DNA of 62,410 nucleotides, filler included, from Choristocarpus tenellus KU-1152 (taxonomy: Eukaryota > Protista > Phaeophyceae), in NCBI GenBank assembly GCA_964200185.2. It is 7 parts of 7 records of this genome, joined end to end, with 100 filler letters (N's around TTAATTAATTAA, not from the genome) between each part and the next. Parts side by side here need not be neighbours in the genome. Positions count along the whole stretch, not along the records: positions 5,086 to 25,776 come from CAXNAD020000381.1; positions 25,877 to 30,597 come from CAXNAD020013344.1; 5 more parts are not named here. The stretch is one strand, 5' to 3'. Positions 14,401 to 29,034 of this stretch are shown in pieces (the stretch's first letter is position 1; the number at the start of each line of letters is the position of its first letter). The notes beneath the pieces are model-generated. The model worked only from the letters and a program-made list of their open reading frames with translations, made no database searches and was not told the origin of the DNA. Both the position numbers and the translations under genes were made by a program.

Positions 14401-17400
14401 ATTCAGGGTCTGTGTGACCCTTTATTGAGTTTCATGTTATTTGAGTGAACATGCCGGATGTAAGGGCACTTCCTCTATCTGAACATGCCCTCCTTTTCTT
14501 CCTCTCTCTCTGCCTGGACCAAATTCGAAGGAGAATCATCTGCAAAAAGGGCATAAACCTGGGATGCCTTAGAACACCCCATCAAGCCCCTGAATGGACT
14601 ACTTGTGATACACCACCACCCACCCCTTAGGATAATATATGCTATTGATCTGTTAAGCATGTGTAGCTAGATGCCTCTGTCCTTGCTTCCAACGAAATTA
14701 ATCACTCCATATTGAACTTCCCTTCCAATTCTCTGCCACCAAACTGCATTAAACCATCCCATCTCACCTTGGTACAAGGTCCCACTTGCTGGATACGCAT
14801 GCATTCCGACAGTGTCCCTCCTGGAAAAGGCCTTCGAATTCGGTAAAGTCACTATTGGTGCCTCTCACATACTCAGAGCCACTCTCAAGAATGAGGGACC
14901 TATACCAGGATCCCTTCAGCTGGACCTTTCCCATAGGCCAGAGTTTAATCTCATTCAGGAGGGGTCTTATAGAGGAAAAGATGGAATACTTGATGAGAAT
15001 GGTACTGCAAGGGTGATGAAGCCTTCCACTGATCAAATTCCAGACAAGAGTGCTCATGAGGGAAACTCTAATGACAGGTGAAGTGCCAAGAAAATTGGGA
15101 CAATGAGGCAAAGCTTGGTTGGGACAGAAATCAATCTGTCATCCACTCCTTCCTGTAGATACAAGTCAATACGAATTTGGTTGTGGGTCTAGACCCTGAA
15201 CCTTCATTGTGCCTGACTCTTTCTCACTTAGTGAAGTTCTTTCCTCCTGGGCATAACCTAGAGCAATAAACTATTGATTTGGGTTGCCGAGCTGATGTTT
15301 AAGTCATAGTTTGCCTGCCTGCATCCGCCCAAGTCTTGAATCCTTGTTGAAGTCTTGGGCTAATGGAGGTGCCACATGGACATCTTCAGTACCACGTAGG
15401 ACCTTGCCCAGGGGCGAAATAAATTTAGAGGTAGGCAAGGTTATATCGAAGGATCGCAAGAGTATGCAAAATATATTTTAACTAAAATTGTGGAAAGGGC
15501 ATTTACTGACTGGTGGCATTTTGTAAATGGAATGTCAACCCTGCTGACGAATATTCTGCACATGAAGGAAAAATATAGGACGCATTCCACAGGGTATAAT
15601 AAATTGCTTTTGGTGTATGAGGGACAAAACCTGCCTACTTCCAAATTTCTCTTGAGAATGATTTTATCTTGGGCTAGGGAGCTAAGTATACTTACAAATA
15701 CTTATCATTGCACCTTTTGAATGGAAGGGAGGTCTCCCATATTGAAGCAGTGGAGGGAGAGCAACGTGAGGAGAGCAACCGGAGACCTCAATCTTCTCAA
15801 AGAAAAGAACTTGACCCAGTCAAGCGAAAGTGGAACATTACAGTGAGAATCAGGCAACCTACATGTTGAATGGCAACAATTGTTTGGGGTAATCAAAAAG
15901 AGCCTATTCATGTACATGAATTAGTCACTGGTACACCCTACAGCCCTTATCATACCTACTGTCGAACATCTCGTGTTCTACTCCTAATCCTGGTCATTTT
16001 ATTAGCTCAACCAAACTCCAATGATAACCTGACCAGTAGCTAGCTCGATGCAGTCGTATATGTAAGCTACAACACACACTTCTGCTTCTGTTCAATACCG
16101 GCCCCAATCTGGTCGCAATCTAGAAAGGATATCATAAGCTAATTCCACAGTCCAGTCCACTGTGAACTCTGCCTCAAACCTGTGCCACCAAAACAAATTC
16201 ACTGACAGGTGGCACCAGGAGACACGCTGGCATTTCTTCTTCAATATAGCCCACATCAGGCCTCAGAGCATGTCTTCCTTCTTCCATTAGCCCTTCGAGG
16301 GATTTCTCTGAATGAGAGGCTCCAGGCAACAGTATCTGGACGTGGTTTGAAGCCCACATTGACATTCTCTACCATGAAGGTGGACTTCGGTGATCAGGTG
16401 GTGAACAGAGATCCATGCATGTTGAAGCAATACCAGGGTGAGGTTACCTTCCGCAATGATTCTATCCAGGTGAGGAACTAGTCAAGATTCAAAATATGAA
16501 GGTGAAGGAGATGGGATTAGGGTTGGGGGCGAATCTATCCTACTGGCTAAATCCGACAAGTGGATTATGAATTATGTTTTTTCAGTCTTGTGCTGTATCG
16601 TGCATCCCCTTTTTGGCTTTGCTCAATCTCGGCATCAAAATAATAAACATGGAATTCATACTGCTATCAATACCACAGAAACGCACTCTTGAAGCAACAC
16701 ATTGAAAAAAGGTTGCAAACACATTTCCAAGTCTGGCAACCTTCGGAGTGGTTCATACCACCATCCATGGTTCATTATAGTGGTTGGTGGTGCCCATACT
16801 AGTTTTATGAGGATACACTCTTGACAAGGAATGGAAATCGATGTTAGCAATAGTATTGCCTTGAAGTTTCAGGTTTGCAGTGGCTAAGTGCGAAAGCTGT
16901 TCCTGGAAGCAGGCACTATATTTGAACTCCCTTCGACTCCTTCCCCATTCAAACACCTCATTCAAACACCTCATTCAAACACCTCATTCAAACAACTCTT
17001 GTTCTTTGTGCGAATCCTCCTGACATCTTGCCTCCTGTAATCATGATTCAGTCTAGCTTCCCCATTTCTTCTATTTATACATTTTCTTGGTGCAAATGGA
17101 AATACAAAATTAGTTTGGATGGATGATTACAAAATTAATTTGCAACTACCAAAGGCGATATTTGAAATTCTTGCGGAGAAAAACGTTCAAATTCACAATA
17201 GTAGTACCATATACTTCACGAGATTCAATATTCAATTAATACTCCTTCAGCTTCCTTTAGTGCCTTTAATTGAGCAGAGAAGAGAAGGTATGACCACTGT
17301 AAGAGTTGTTACTCATTCTTCCACCAGGATCTCATCATAGACAGTGCTACCTAGCTCTCCTATATTGGTTCTAGCCTTTTGACATCCCGTCACCTCTTTG

Positions 17401-20400
17401 CACCCTCAACATTTCCCAGGGGTTGTCTTGGATTATGGACGACTCTGTCCTCCGGTGTGAGGAGAAGGACGAAAAGCTGATAGGAGTAACCAAGACCCCC
17501 ATCTTCTACATCAGCCCTACATCAGGAGAGCTTAGCCCTGGGGAGGAGACACGACTAAGGGTGACCTTCACCCCCAAGAGTGATCGGGACTACACCTTCC
17601 AACTTCCTGTGTGGCTCTCACAGCGTCAACCTCCAGAGGGTACCAGACCATACCTTACCCTTGAGGTTCAGGTAATTTAGGAACCTTTCTGGTGTTGAAA
17701 TACAGACATACACAGGTGAATAATACTTTGGGGATGTTTGAATTACTACAAGACTACATAACGGAATAGGTAGCATAGTGGACCTCATGATCTTCAAAAT
17801 TATGCTCGGAGGGGGGAGGGGTATACTTGAGATGGACAGCATTTAAAAAAAGGTGATGGATGTTGAGATGTTGATGCATGTAGAAAATCTACTAAGCAAA
17901 TTATGAGAGATCAAATATTTTGTATCAAAATTGCCAGTTTTGAACAATGGTTGATGTGTTTCAGCAGACAAGGCACATTGCAGCATATCAAAACATGATT
18001 GCTTGTACTAGATCTCGAAGGAATGAAACGGATAAATGCTTATTTGGTCTATCTGTCCATTGAAAAAAGACTATGCCTTGTAAGTTCACAAATTTGTAAA
18101 CATCAATAATATGCAGTACCTTGTTGATTACTCTGGATAGTGTGCCTTCTCTGTCTTCCTCCTACTATCAAAAACTCAGCAACCTATGTCTTACAAACCT
18201 CTATGAATTCTCTTATAATTCTCGGTCTACAAATTGTTCTACTTCAGGGTTTTGGTGTATACCCTCGACTTTCTTTCTCAGCAACGGAGGTTGTAATGCC
18301 TGTGGTTCCCCTGTCCATAACATCAAGGGCCCTCATTCATATCGTGAATAATGGCTTCACTGACATGGAAGTGACGCACAGCCTGCCCCTTCATTGCCCC
18401 ATTGACCTGGTGGTACGCTTTCCTCAAGGAAAGCAGGTGAGAGAATGTAGATAAGACATACATTGATTTCTAGCTGTAGATAATGTGCACAAACGGAGCT
18501 GAATGTTAGGGGCTGGTCATTTTGTGGATTTGGCTCATAGTCAGAGCCAGCTCGTGTTGATAACTGAAAAGGTGCCAAGGAAGATTGTGGACAGTGGTGC
18601 ATTATGTTGTTGGTCAGGATCTGACCAGACAAATAACTAGCAATATTCTTGAAGTAATATAAGTATATCTCACTTGGCTTGCCCTCCCTGTACCACACCG
18701 ATACAGCTGGGAATAAGGCGCCATACATGATCAGTACCACCTCTTAGTCGTTGTGACTGAAGTACACATTTTGAGGTGGGCTATCAGTAATCACACCAAA
18801 CCCCTTCCCCTACCTTACAAACAAAGTATATCAATATAACCAGAGCACTTGCACCATATATGTATTGTACTTTGATCCAGTTTGGACCTGAATCTGACCA
18901 GCTTCCCGTCGAGCTTAGCTTCCAGTCTGAAAAGCCTGTAAGCTTCAACTCTGTACTGGATTTTTTTGATGCTGATGGGGGGCACTACCCTTTGATCGTC
19001 ACAGGCTGTGCTGACAACTGCCTGCTTACCAACTATCCATTCGTGGAGGCATACAGTGAAAGGTGAAGAAAACTCAGAGAAAAAAATCTCCAACCATACC
19101 CTAGTGTGTGCAATTCATTTTCTGCAATTATGTGAATTCGGATTTGACCCTGCCACTGCTCATCCTAACAGCCTTCGTTCTCACCACAGGTTCCAGTTCT
19201 GGGCAAGGGATGGCAAGGCAGTGCAGTTCATGGATGGAGCTCAGATCATGGCACAAGAGGCAAAGGAATTCAAGGAGAGAATGTCGAAGAGGGCTAAAGC
19301 AAAGGTCAGATGTCATGAAAATGTGGAAACTTGAGGTCAGGTGGAATGTAGTATAGCAAAAGATGTTCAACCACAGTTACTTAAAGCCATGCTAGAAGTT
19401 ACATGCCTTGAGTGGACTTGATTTTTTCTTAGTCATTGTCCTTTACAGGAACTTAGTTCCCAGCCCTGATCGTGCTTGGTCTTTACTGCATACTTTACTT
19501 ACAGTAGAAGGTTGTAGACCTCATCTTGCCGCGCATTTTCCCAAGAAGTGTACAACCGAGATTTAATGCTATCCAACCCCTAATCTTAATGTCAACCTGA
19601 AACTCTGGCCAAACAGGGAAAAAACACTTCAACGGCACTAGAATCAGAAGTTGTCTCCCCCACTGGCTTAAAATTCACAACCAACGGCAATTCCAGTTGC
19701 GTGAACGATGGGGAAGAATATGGGGTCGACTTGTCACTCCCTGCCTACCCAACTGGTGGAAATGAAGAAGATGCCAGAGTGCTGGCAGCTTGGCTTACTG
19801 CTAATGTGGTCACCACTCCTATTAAGGTATTCTAGATGTCAGCTTACTGTTATTGTAAGCAATATTACGGCTTAACTTCAAGCAATATAATATTATGCTG
19901 ATGGGAAGTAGTAGCATTGTGGACATGGACATTGTGTTGTCTTGAGAGAAGTGAATTCAGGTTTGTTATGGAACTGTACTCCAGCATTATTTTTTCACTA
20001 TTTATTGGAATGCATCTCAGAACACCCCTTTAGAGCAGGTCCTAAAATGCTAGAGTTTCTTCCTCTTAATTCAATAACCAACCTTTAACGTTTGTGGTTG
20101 CAGGCTTGAACAAGCCTTGGCTTGTAACCCTCATACTCGAGTATGAAGTATATTTGGGCATGAGCAAGCTATGGAATGCGACAACTTTGGTCCTGTAAAT
20201 CTGTATAATTTTTGAAAGGACTGCCAGAAGTGTGGTGAAAATGCCACTAAAAGTAACTAAATCTGATAAATTTCTCATGACATTCCCCCTGTCCACCCAT
20301 ATTTAAGTCAATATGACTTGCACCTGGTCACAAGGTTTTCCATTTTGTACACAATTTATCCAACTATGTTGCCCCTTGACATTATACATGTTAGTTGAAG

Positions 20401-23400
20401 ATATTGTGGTAAGAACTAGAGTGCTTTGTTGCCAAAACCTTAACCTACGTGCCTGGGCTTTCCCTTCTACAATACAGGAGTTCCCACAGAGTCTGATTGA
20501 GAGGCACGGAGCACCTGCTTTTGAGGCTATTGAGACAATGTGTGGGAGGAGAGTACCAGGGCAAACATGGCGAAGGGTTAAACAGCGAGCAGAAGACCGT
20601 GTAGAGCAACTGATCGTGCAATATCGCCAGCTTTTGCGCTTCCTGACAGAAAGGGGATGCCTCCTTAACAAAGTTCGGCCTGAGGTGTGTGTTGCTGTGG
20701 TTTCCACAGCGATGACTACCTTGCTCTATGATTGAACAGTGGTAATAAAATGCTTCATCCACTCCCTGAGGCTGCCAACCATTGTTGATCTCCGTCCATT
20801 TATGCAGATAGTTGGTGCCCAATTCTTCTTTGATGTCATATGCTCTCTATCTCCAATTTTGATGCTGGAAAGTAGCTCAGTTATACACGATTGCCTTTTC
20901 TCTTCTATTCGATGGAATACTTGATGACAACAACTACATACTTCGATTTTCTGATAGCTCCGGGTGGAAATTGGTAGTAAATATTATCATGCTCCCTTCT
21001 GTGCTCCCTCTCTCCACACTTTGATCTTAACAACTCTTCAGCATATTTTTTTTCACATCCGTTGTTCAATCCCTGTAGTAGTCTAATTTAACTTCGTACG
21101 GGTGCATTTATGAAGCTTGAAACATTAATTGTCAGGCTGACACCTAGTTCTTGTACTTTATCTATTTTCTATGTAATAATCAGCAAAATAGACGTTCAGT
21201 CAAGTACAGAGAGTGTCATGGACTACTAAGAGCCAACTTAGTGCTTATACAATCCCTACTAGGGAAAGAAATGGGCAAGAGCCACTTCTGTTCTGGATCA
21301 TACTATATCAAGATTATTTCATATCAAGATTATGTCATATCAAGATTGTGTGATATCAAGATTGTGTGATATCAAGATTGTGTCGTTGCACAGAGCAAGA
21401 GAATGTGTATATTTGTTGTTTGTACTCTATAGCACAATCATCCTATGATTAGTTCTGGCAAATAATCACAGAGACATATAGTCTACACTGCACTCATAGT
21501 AGTCGAGAATGTTGCACAATCCCTGCATAAGAAAATGATACCACAGAAGTATGTCTCCTTTGATAATTATTTATTGCAGGTTATAGTGTGCACATCCGTC
21601 TTGGTGTTTGGTCTCTAGACTAGAAAAAGCTAGTAGGCCATGCCCACAAAGCTACATCTTAGAGATTGGCTAGCAAAGTACAAGGGTGCGGAAACACTCA
21701 CTACCCACCGTGCACATACATACGTGTCCATGTACTTTATCATATACCCATGGGATACCTTCTATTGAGGTCTTAATACTCAATAGGATAACTCTGATCG
21801 GAAAAAAACACAACTCTATGGTACGCTTATCCATCATCCAATGCTACTAATGGATTGCTGACATATGATTGGTTAGTTATTCCAAACAAGTATCTGCAGT
21901 TCCTCTGGCGGTGTCTATGTGTGTCCCAGCACCTATTGCCAATAACGATGCCAAGCAATCTTATCTTGATCTTGACTAAATGCCCAGGATCTACTCAAAA
22001 GCATGAACTAGAATACTAATTAATCGAATTATCTTGTTTTGCAGCTGATATGTTCAAACGTGTTCCCAATAAATACTTATTCTGAGAAATTCTCACATGT
22101 GCATTCACACATGCATACATACATGCATACATACATACATAAATCAAATTACTGATTGCAGAAGAGTATAAGGTGCTTAACTTACATCCTGCCAGAGATT
22201 ACATTGTAACCCTAACAGGACTGGTCAATGTTGTCCCCCTGTCCTCAATAGTCCAGGCAATCAAAACTGATACGAAGTGCTTTTTCCGATACACTGCTGT
22301 GTAATTGACTAAAGTAGGCACTTCTTGACAGATTAGACTACATTCGAGGTCGCCGCTTGGAAGCTATGGGTCGTTCCAATGGTGGAGGCGGATTAGGCGG
22401 GTCACAGAGGTTGACACCAACTCAGCTGCGAGAGCGGGAGGGGCAATGGGGTCGGGAATGGGAATCTGTTTCAAGAGAAGCATGGTTAGATGTTATGTAC
22501 CAGGTAGGATCAATGATGAATAGTGATACTATAGACGTAGAGAGTTTCTGGTGATAATGATACCATGCCCCAAGATTTTTTCTCAATGTTAGGTATGACC
22601 CATATCTCTGATTATTCTGCCTGAGAGAGTGGTATTAGTCCCACAGCCACTAGGGCTGTTCCAAAAGGATAATCCATTTCGGATTTGCAGTCTATAGGTT
22701 AGTCAAGTTTTGTCATAGCTATCTCTGGTTGCCAAGATAGCACCTATGAAGTGATCGATGTGAATCAACATGAATCCCATTACATATTATTCAGCACATG
22801 CTAAGTCATGTTTTGCCATAATTGATTTGGAGCAATGAATTGATCAGCATTTCACCTCTAGGATGGTTAATCATACAATAGTCATTCCTTTGCATCTAAG
22901 AAATATATAAGCGTAGTCAGAACTAAGAATTCCAACGTTGATGTCAACCTAACAATGAGATATTGCATCGTTCAGTATTCGATTTTTTTCCAATATGTTT
23001 CTGAGCCAATCTTCCCCTCCCAACCCTTGCCTTGCACCAAAACACCCCCCACAGTCAATTCGATCATTTATGCTAGCAAGGGTGACTCCTAAGGCTCTTT
23101 CAGGACTCCCAGGTGTATTCATTTCTCTACCCAGGGCACCAAAGGGACATGGGAAAGGGAAGGCTGCGTCGGAGGACCCTGAGCTGAGTGATTCGAACGT
23201 GTACAGTGTGGGGGAGGGAATCCTTCTTAAGTGGATGTCATACCATCTTGAGCAGGCCAATAAGGTTAGTCACGACACAGATTTTATCCATAATATAAAC
23301 TGTGGTGGGGAATCAGGTAAACTCTTTTTTCAAATTATTGATGGCAATGTTTACAGTAGCGGTACTCACATAAATGGGGAGTGGTGGCGTGCACTGTAAA

Positions 23401-25758
23401 CCAGAGTTGCCAAATGATCTGATATTAGAGACGTTTCAAGTCTTCAAACTAACAAGAAATGATATTTTCATCACCATTGTCATAATCATTCATCGCATTC
23501 TTCAATGGGCACTGACATGCACCAAGATATCTTTTTTCTGAAGAAGAGGGCCGCTCCAAGGGCAGCATTTTGGTCCAAAAATGTTGTGATGCCGGTTTCA
23601 TCCCATATTTGAAGGTCTTTGATGTGACTTCCTCAATTTCATACCATACCATTCTATACCATTCTATACCATACATATACCATACAAGAAAGAAATAATG
23701 TATGGAGAAAAGTATAGTCTTCTAAGCATAACCCCCACTCATGATAGAGTTAAACACCACCTAACCACTGTTCTTCATATCTAGCTACTGTCCACATTGC
23801 AATATTCTATTCCTGTCATTCTTGTAACTCCTACCATAATCTTTCAGACCATAGCTCTATGTCCTCCCTTCCTGCTGTCAGAGCGCCATCCCAAAGAGAA
23901 TCACGAGTTTCTCAGAGGATATAAGAGACGGAGCTTTGTTATGCCAGCTGGTCGCAAGTCACGTGCCACAATTGGTCGAGAAGGATTTCCCCTTGCACAA
24001 TTTCACATCTGTGTACTCTACAGGTTGATTTGCGGAAAGAGAGTACATGGTACATGTGTGTTGTGCTTGAAGCTTACGATATATGGACTCTAGACCAATT
24101 GGAATTGTGTTGTGCAAATAAACTGTCACTTGTTGTGATGCCAACAATAATTTCTAGCGTCTGACGTTGGACTTGTTGGTTCTAATGCATGGCTTCAAGA
24201 AGTAAGTATATCACTTAATTCTGGTAGCAATACTAGGAATGAAACTGAAAATTCTTTATTGAATTGCTGTACTGATCCCCTAAGATACTGAGGGGCGTTT
24301 AGGCTTGCCTCACTGCTATTGGGAGTACTTTGATGGTTAGACAATACATTGTCACTTGAACAGTGAACAACTCTCTGTCATTTCTACGTCCATGAACCAC
24401 CACATTTCAGCTAGCTTGCACATACGGAAACTTTACAAGATATTCACGTACACACTCTACCTTCCATTTGTGCGTTGTTCGTGATTCACAATAGGGGCAC
24501 TAAGTGACAAATCAAACCGCGAGGCCAACGCATCTAAACTACTCTTAGCCATGAAAGAGATAAACAATGATATAGGTTTGACAACCAGGGATGTGCTTGA
24601 GGTTTCCTCAAAGAACGGGGTTCTCTTGGCTCTCCACCTTTTCCAGGTGCAAAACCTTCATCCTATGCACGGTGACACATCTTGTTGGTTGGTTTCTGCT
24701 TCTGAGGTACAGAACATAGTAGACCATAGTACACAATATCACTAAATGTTTGCATATATTTCAATAGCAATAAATATCCACTCTCACAAGGGAAGTAAGA
24801 GAAGATTATATGGTATACTTGAGAAAAAAATTGGAGAACATGAGAATATCCTCTCAATTGCGTAGTTAGGTACTATAGACTTCATGCACAAGAAGTCTCA
24901 TCCTTGCATGATGGCCGGGTATGGCATTTACCTGGGCTGCAATGAGGTTCAGGAGGTGCCTCTATAATCTAACAAGCATTTAAACTATGAAAATCTGAGT
25001 TGGTTGAGTTGCCCAAGATCCATTGCTAACATCACCAAAGTATCCTTTACAAAATAGGCCACAATCCCTGCCTACCTGTTGTTCCCCTCAGTCCCTTCCT
25101 CAGATGATTGCAAAGACTGAGATAGAGTTCCGTGCATCTCTAGGCACTGTCGTTCAGAAGAACATTGAGCTACGCAACCCAGGATCCAAAGATATCACCT
25201 ATGAAGCAACACTGCAAGGCTCGCAGGACTTTGTGTTAAAAAAGAACCAGGTGACTAATCTGTCATGATGTTTGCTAGGGGAAGAGTTGAAAGAGGTGAA
25301 AAGAAACTGATGTCATTTCTATGGATTTGAGGTGCTCACAACTAGACACGACTGCTACAATGATCACCATTGTGTTGCTTCCTACTGTAAGAGGTCATAG
25401 ATATGAGCAGCAAGGATACTTGGGGTTGAGGTGAAGAAGGAGAGCATTAGTCATCTGCCACTCTTGAATGTAAGCTTGGATGAATTGCAGTGTGGAAGTA
25501 GTATTATGTGCTTAACCAATACCCTCACAAAAGGACTTCTTGCATCCCTTGCTCATCCAGACCCAAGTGATGATTGCACCTTGACCTTTCTTGTGCCACA
25601 ATTTGAGCCTAGGTGCACTTGAAGGCAGGGAAGGAAGCTGATTTTCCTGTGGAGTTTACCCCACGCTTCAGCTCTCCAGTAACTGCACGCCTGGTGTTGT
25701 GGGCTGTGAGGGCTAACGGTGCCATGGCACCAGCATCAAACATGGTCTTTGCTCTAAA
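5469..25758 (+). CDS. CFAP47: Cilia- and flagella-associated protein 47 (multiple ASH/Ig-like domains plus calponin-homology domain), internal part, truncated at both contig ends
   Basis: Phase-consistent GT-AG exons: 5469-5624, 6303-6357, 6465-6631, 7101-7209, 7848-7952, 8553-8711, 10925-10984, 11402-11518, 12459-12668, 12982-13221, 13830-13973, 14779-15077, 15728-15842, 16209-16469, 17420-17671, 18248-18436, 18881-19062, 19190-19304, 19617-19826, 20478-20684, 22318-22503, 23055-23264, 23882-24023, 24495-24646, 25092-25250, 25613-25758. Motifs: KFKSTPSTQAEVRDC; repeated xDFG...LKN.G ASH domains; VTGCADNCLLTNYPF; SDSNVYSVGEGILLKWMSYH followed by CH-like RITSFSEDIRDGALLCQLVASHVP. The first 2-3 exons are less certain. 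Confidence 0.85.
8786..9045. mobile_element. MITE family A, complete copy in a CFAP47 intron
   Basis: GAGTGAAAGTATATTAGAGGGTA ... TACCCTCTTAACTACTTTGACTC with 3-bp TSD ATT/ATT. Confidence 0.85.
16948..16994. repeat. 13-bp tandem repeat x~3.5
   Basis: (ATTCAAACACCTC)n. Confidence 0.85.
21304..21383. repeat. 16-bp tandem repeat x5
   Basis: (ATATCAAGATTRTKTS)n. Confidence 0.8.
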
Positions 25759-25959
25759 GTAGGTATATATACAAAANNNNNNNNNNNNNNNNNNNNNNNN
25801 NNNNNNNNNNNNNNNNNNNNTTAATTAATTAANNNNNNNNNNNNNNNNNNNNNNNNNNNNNNNNNNNNNNNNNNNNAAGTGAAGCAAAGGATCACAGGAG
25901 AATTTGTCAAAAGGACCCCCCCCCCCCCTGCCCCCCCCTATGCCCCCCCCCCCCCTACT

Positions 25960-28900
25960 CCTTTCATCCACGGCAGCACCCAAAGTTCTGACACCAACCC
26001 CTCCCTTGCTCGTGGCACTATCATCACCCGGCTTAATGCTACTCTTCAACATACTCAGGAAGGCATTCTTTGATGCTCCCTTTAAAGCTGCTGCCTTGGC
26101 AGTATTACCCGTGCCCAGTCCCTTGTCATCCAACCCCTCCCCCCGTTGACGCTTGCTGATGGCATTGAACAGGGCAACCACTGTAAAGGAAGGGGGAGGG
26201 CAAGGAAAAACAAGAGGGCGGGTGGGGGGGGCAGGGGAGGGGAGGAGGGGGGAGTAGAGAGTACGTTTCAGTGGGTTGAAGAACTTGACCATAATACATC
26301 AAATTTAGGCCAGATGTACAGTCTTGGAGGGCGGGAAAGGGGGGCAAGACATGCAAGACATCAAATTCGATTTGGTGTATCACATTACAAAATCAGAACC
26401 AACCGTAACCAGGTAGGTGCAAGCTTCACTTCCATATAGTTTAGATGTCTAAATTTTCCCTGCCCCAAGAGAACTCTCTCTAAAGCTCATCTCTGAAGCA
26501 CACTGAGTTCCTTTTGCCACATGGGGTATTACCTACTCTGGAAGGCGTTTGGCCTACATACAAAGATGATAAAAGCAGTGGAGTGGCCACAGTAAGCCAC
26601 CAATAGTTGTACACACAGGCATGCACACATGCAAACAAAAAACACATCAAAAATCACTACACACACACACACTCCATCACAAAAATATGTCGCAATTTTT
26701 GTGTAATTTAGTTACATGCATCGGATGGATAATGTCAGTGCATTTTTCCTAGTTATGGTCCAAATGGACACCCTGGTGTAGACCCCCACCCCACCCCCTA
26801 CCCCCAGATACTTTGAGCCAATACGCAAAACACTCTTGCTTTCAGTCTACTCCATCATCCCCCACCCACAACCGTCTCATGCCCTTCGCTCCTAGCACAC
26901 ACCCACTCACCTCCTCGCATAGCAATCTTCTTGAGCTTCCGCTCATAGTCGGTGGTAGTGTGGTCAGGGACATGGAACTGGGTAGTGAGCTTTGCTCTCT
27001 TGGCGGCCGCCTTTCCCCTGGCATCCGACCTTTTCACCGCATCCTCCTCCATCTCCCGCATCACCTTGGTCTTCCGCTTGGCCAGCACCGGAGCCTGCAT
27101 TTATGAATGAAAGGCAAGGGCGAGAATGATGGAGGGGGAGACGTACTGAGATTAAAAAAATAAAGTCGTAAAGGCACAGCATTGTCTCGTCGTGAGGTTG
27201 TGGGAGTGCAAAAAAAAAGAAGAGACGAGATGATTGGAGGAAGTGTTAACGGAGTGCAGAAGTACTGAGCAAGATCTCACGGGCTCGGGAATGGTGCCAA
27301 GGAACCATAGGGCACATTGGAAGGAGATGGGACAATTTGACATGGGGAAGAAGAGGTCTAAATGCAGAGGAGGGTTGTCATTGCAATGGTTAGCAAGAGA
27401 GGGTGCGCAGGAGGAGAGTGTATCCATGAAGTAAGTGCAGTTGTCAGATTATTATTGATCACATTCCAGAGTACTGGTTCAAGCATAGTGTTCTTTTCTT
27501 ATTTCGATGGTTTGTACTTGACCATATAGCTAGAGAAGACCAACGTCTGAATTGGGGGGACAGGGTGTAGGTTCTTGTGGCTACTTCAGGCATGCAGAGT
27601 AATCCAAATATCAATCTATACCACCCTATGCATACTAGGGGGGCGTACAGAATCTTCACCAGGACCCAAGGAATTTGACTGTGACGAGGAGTAAGGGATG
27701 GAGATAGAGATAGGGACAGGGTTAACACTAGGGTTAGGTTTGGGACCTCAAATTTCTAGTCCCAAGCACCGAAATGAGATAGAATGCACCCGAAGTGTCT
27801 TCTAGGTAAAATTCCCTTGGTCTTACAAACAAGCAGCAATCTCTCTTCCTCCTCCCCCGAAATCCGTTCGGTCTTACCAATGTTCAAAGCATGCATAGCC
27901 AGCAACCAAAGATTATACCCCACCTCGTTTAGAAATTCCTGTGCAACAAGACCCAGCAGCAATGACAATTACTAAAAAAAACGCATTTACTAGTCTTGCT
28001 CCACCACATCCTGCATCTACAACTCTGACTACGAAATATACAGAACAGGATATGACGCACAAGACCGAGGCCGAACACGTCGCAGCATGTCGCAGCCACA
28101 GCCAAACTGTCAACCCATCGACGGACCTCGCATACAAGGGCTCAATGAAGGATATTTTGAGGGACAGCGGTCATAAATTGCGACCCTGACTTTGATGTGT
28201 CTACACACATCCAGGGAGACGGCAACAGTTGACTGGAGTATGCTGTGTATCTACTGGTGCGGGCGTTCCCTGCACGACCGAGGAGACGGCAGTGGCGCAT
28301 GTGGAAATCCTAGGAATATTTGTTAAGTTTTACGCTATAGCAATCATTATAGCAAACAGAAACTGGGTTGGGATTGTCGCCGTAGCATGGCACAATGACT
28401 TTCTCTTGTACAGTCATGAATGCAATTTGGGATTGCAAAATGCACCCGCAATGCGTCTTGCCAACGTACTAGCCCCCATTAGGCAGGATGCACAACCCCC
28501 AGGAAGACGTCAATCACATACCTGTGTCCGATTCTCCAGCTTCTGACCTAGAATCCTCGCCATAACATCTCCCATGCCACCGCCTTCATTCGTGTTACCC
28601 TCCCCTCCCCGAACGCCTGGAGAATCTTCTCTTCCCCCACTCAACCCCACTCCTCCGTCTTCATCCCCAGCATTACTCTCTTCCCCGGATGCTTCCTCTT
28701 CAGATGCAAGGGTAACCGGGACGTCTTGTCCCTCATCTTCACCCTCCGATTGACTAGAAGACCGTCTTCGCTTTCCTCCTGCTACTGCGCCTCCAGCATC
28801 CCTCCTGCTTGCCTCACCATTAGATATATCTGTATCCTTTTCGCTCTTAGGCCCATTGCTTGGTGCTTCGTCCGAATCGGAGTCGTAGTCCCATGTGACC

Positions 28901-29034
28901 ATGCCCTCTTTGCCACCCTTAGTTTTCCCAGCCCCATTACCCTTGCTTTTTCCCTTACCCTTAGCCTTGAACTTGCCCTTAACCTTTCCCTGACTTTTCT
29001 CTGCTCGTACCTTTGTTGAGCGCGGGATTTTCAT
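25960..29034 (-). CDS. RRP15: Ribosome biogenesis protein Rrp15 (3' end lost at contig edge)
   Basis: Exon 29034-28522 has a Lys/Gly- and acidic-rich N-terminus ending GGMGDVMARILGQKL. Exon 27094-26911 reads APVLAKRK...DYERKLKKIAMRG. Exon 26180-~25960 reads VVALFNAISKRQ...SKNAFLSMLK. ERxLxxIAxRGVVxLFNAI is the Rrp15p signature. Confidence 0.9.
26685..26819. mobile_element. MITE family B, partial copy in an Rrp15 intron
   Basis: Reverse-orientation homologue of 32936-33113; ends CCCCAGATACTTTGAGCC. Confidence 0.75.

Noticed and set aside
25755-25765. Apparent TAG stop ending CFAP47 (AAG TAG)
   Set aside because: Better explained as a phase-2 donor AA|GTAGGT. CFAP47 orthologues continue well beyond this point and the contig ends 18 nt later.
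27960-28240. Possible LINE RT fragment in the Rrp15 intron
   Set aside because: Similarity is too faint to support by eye.
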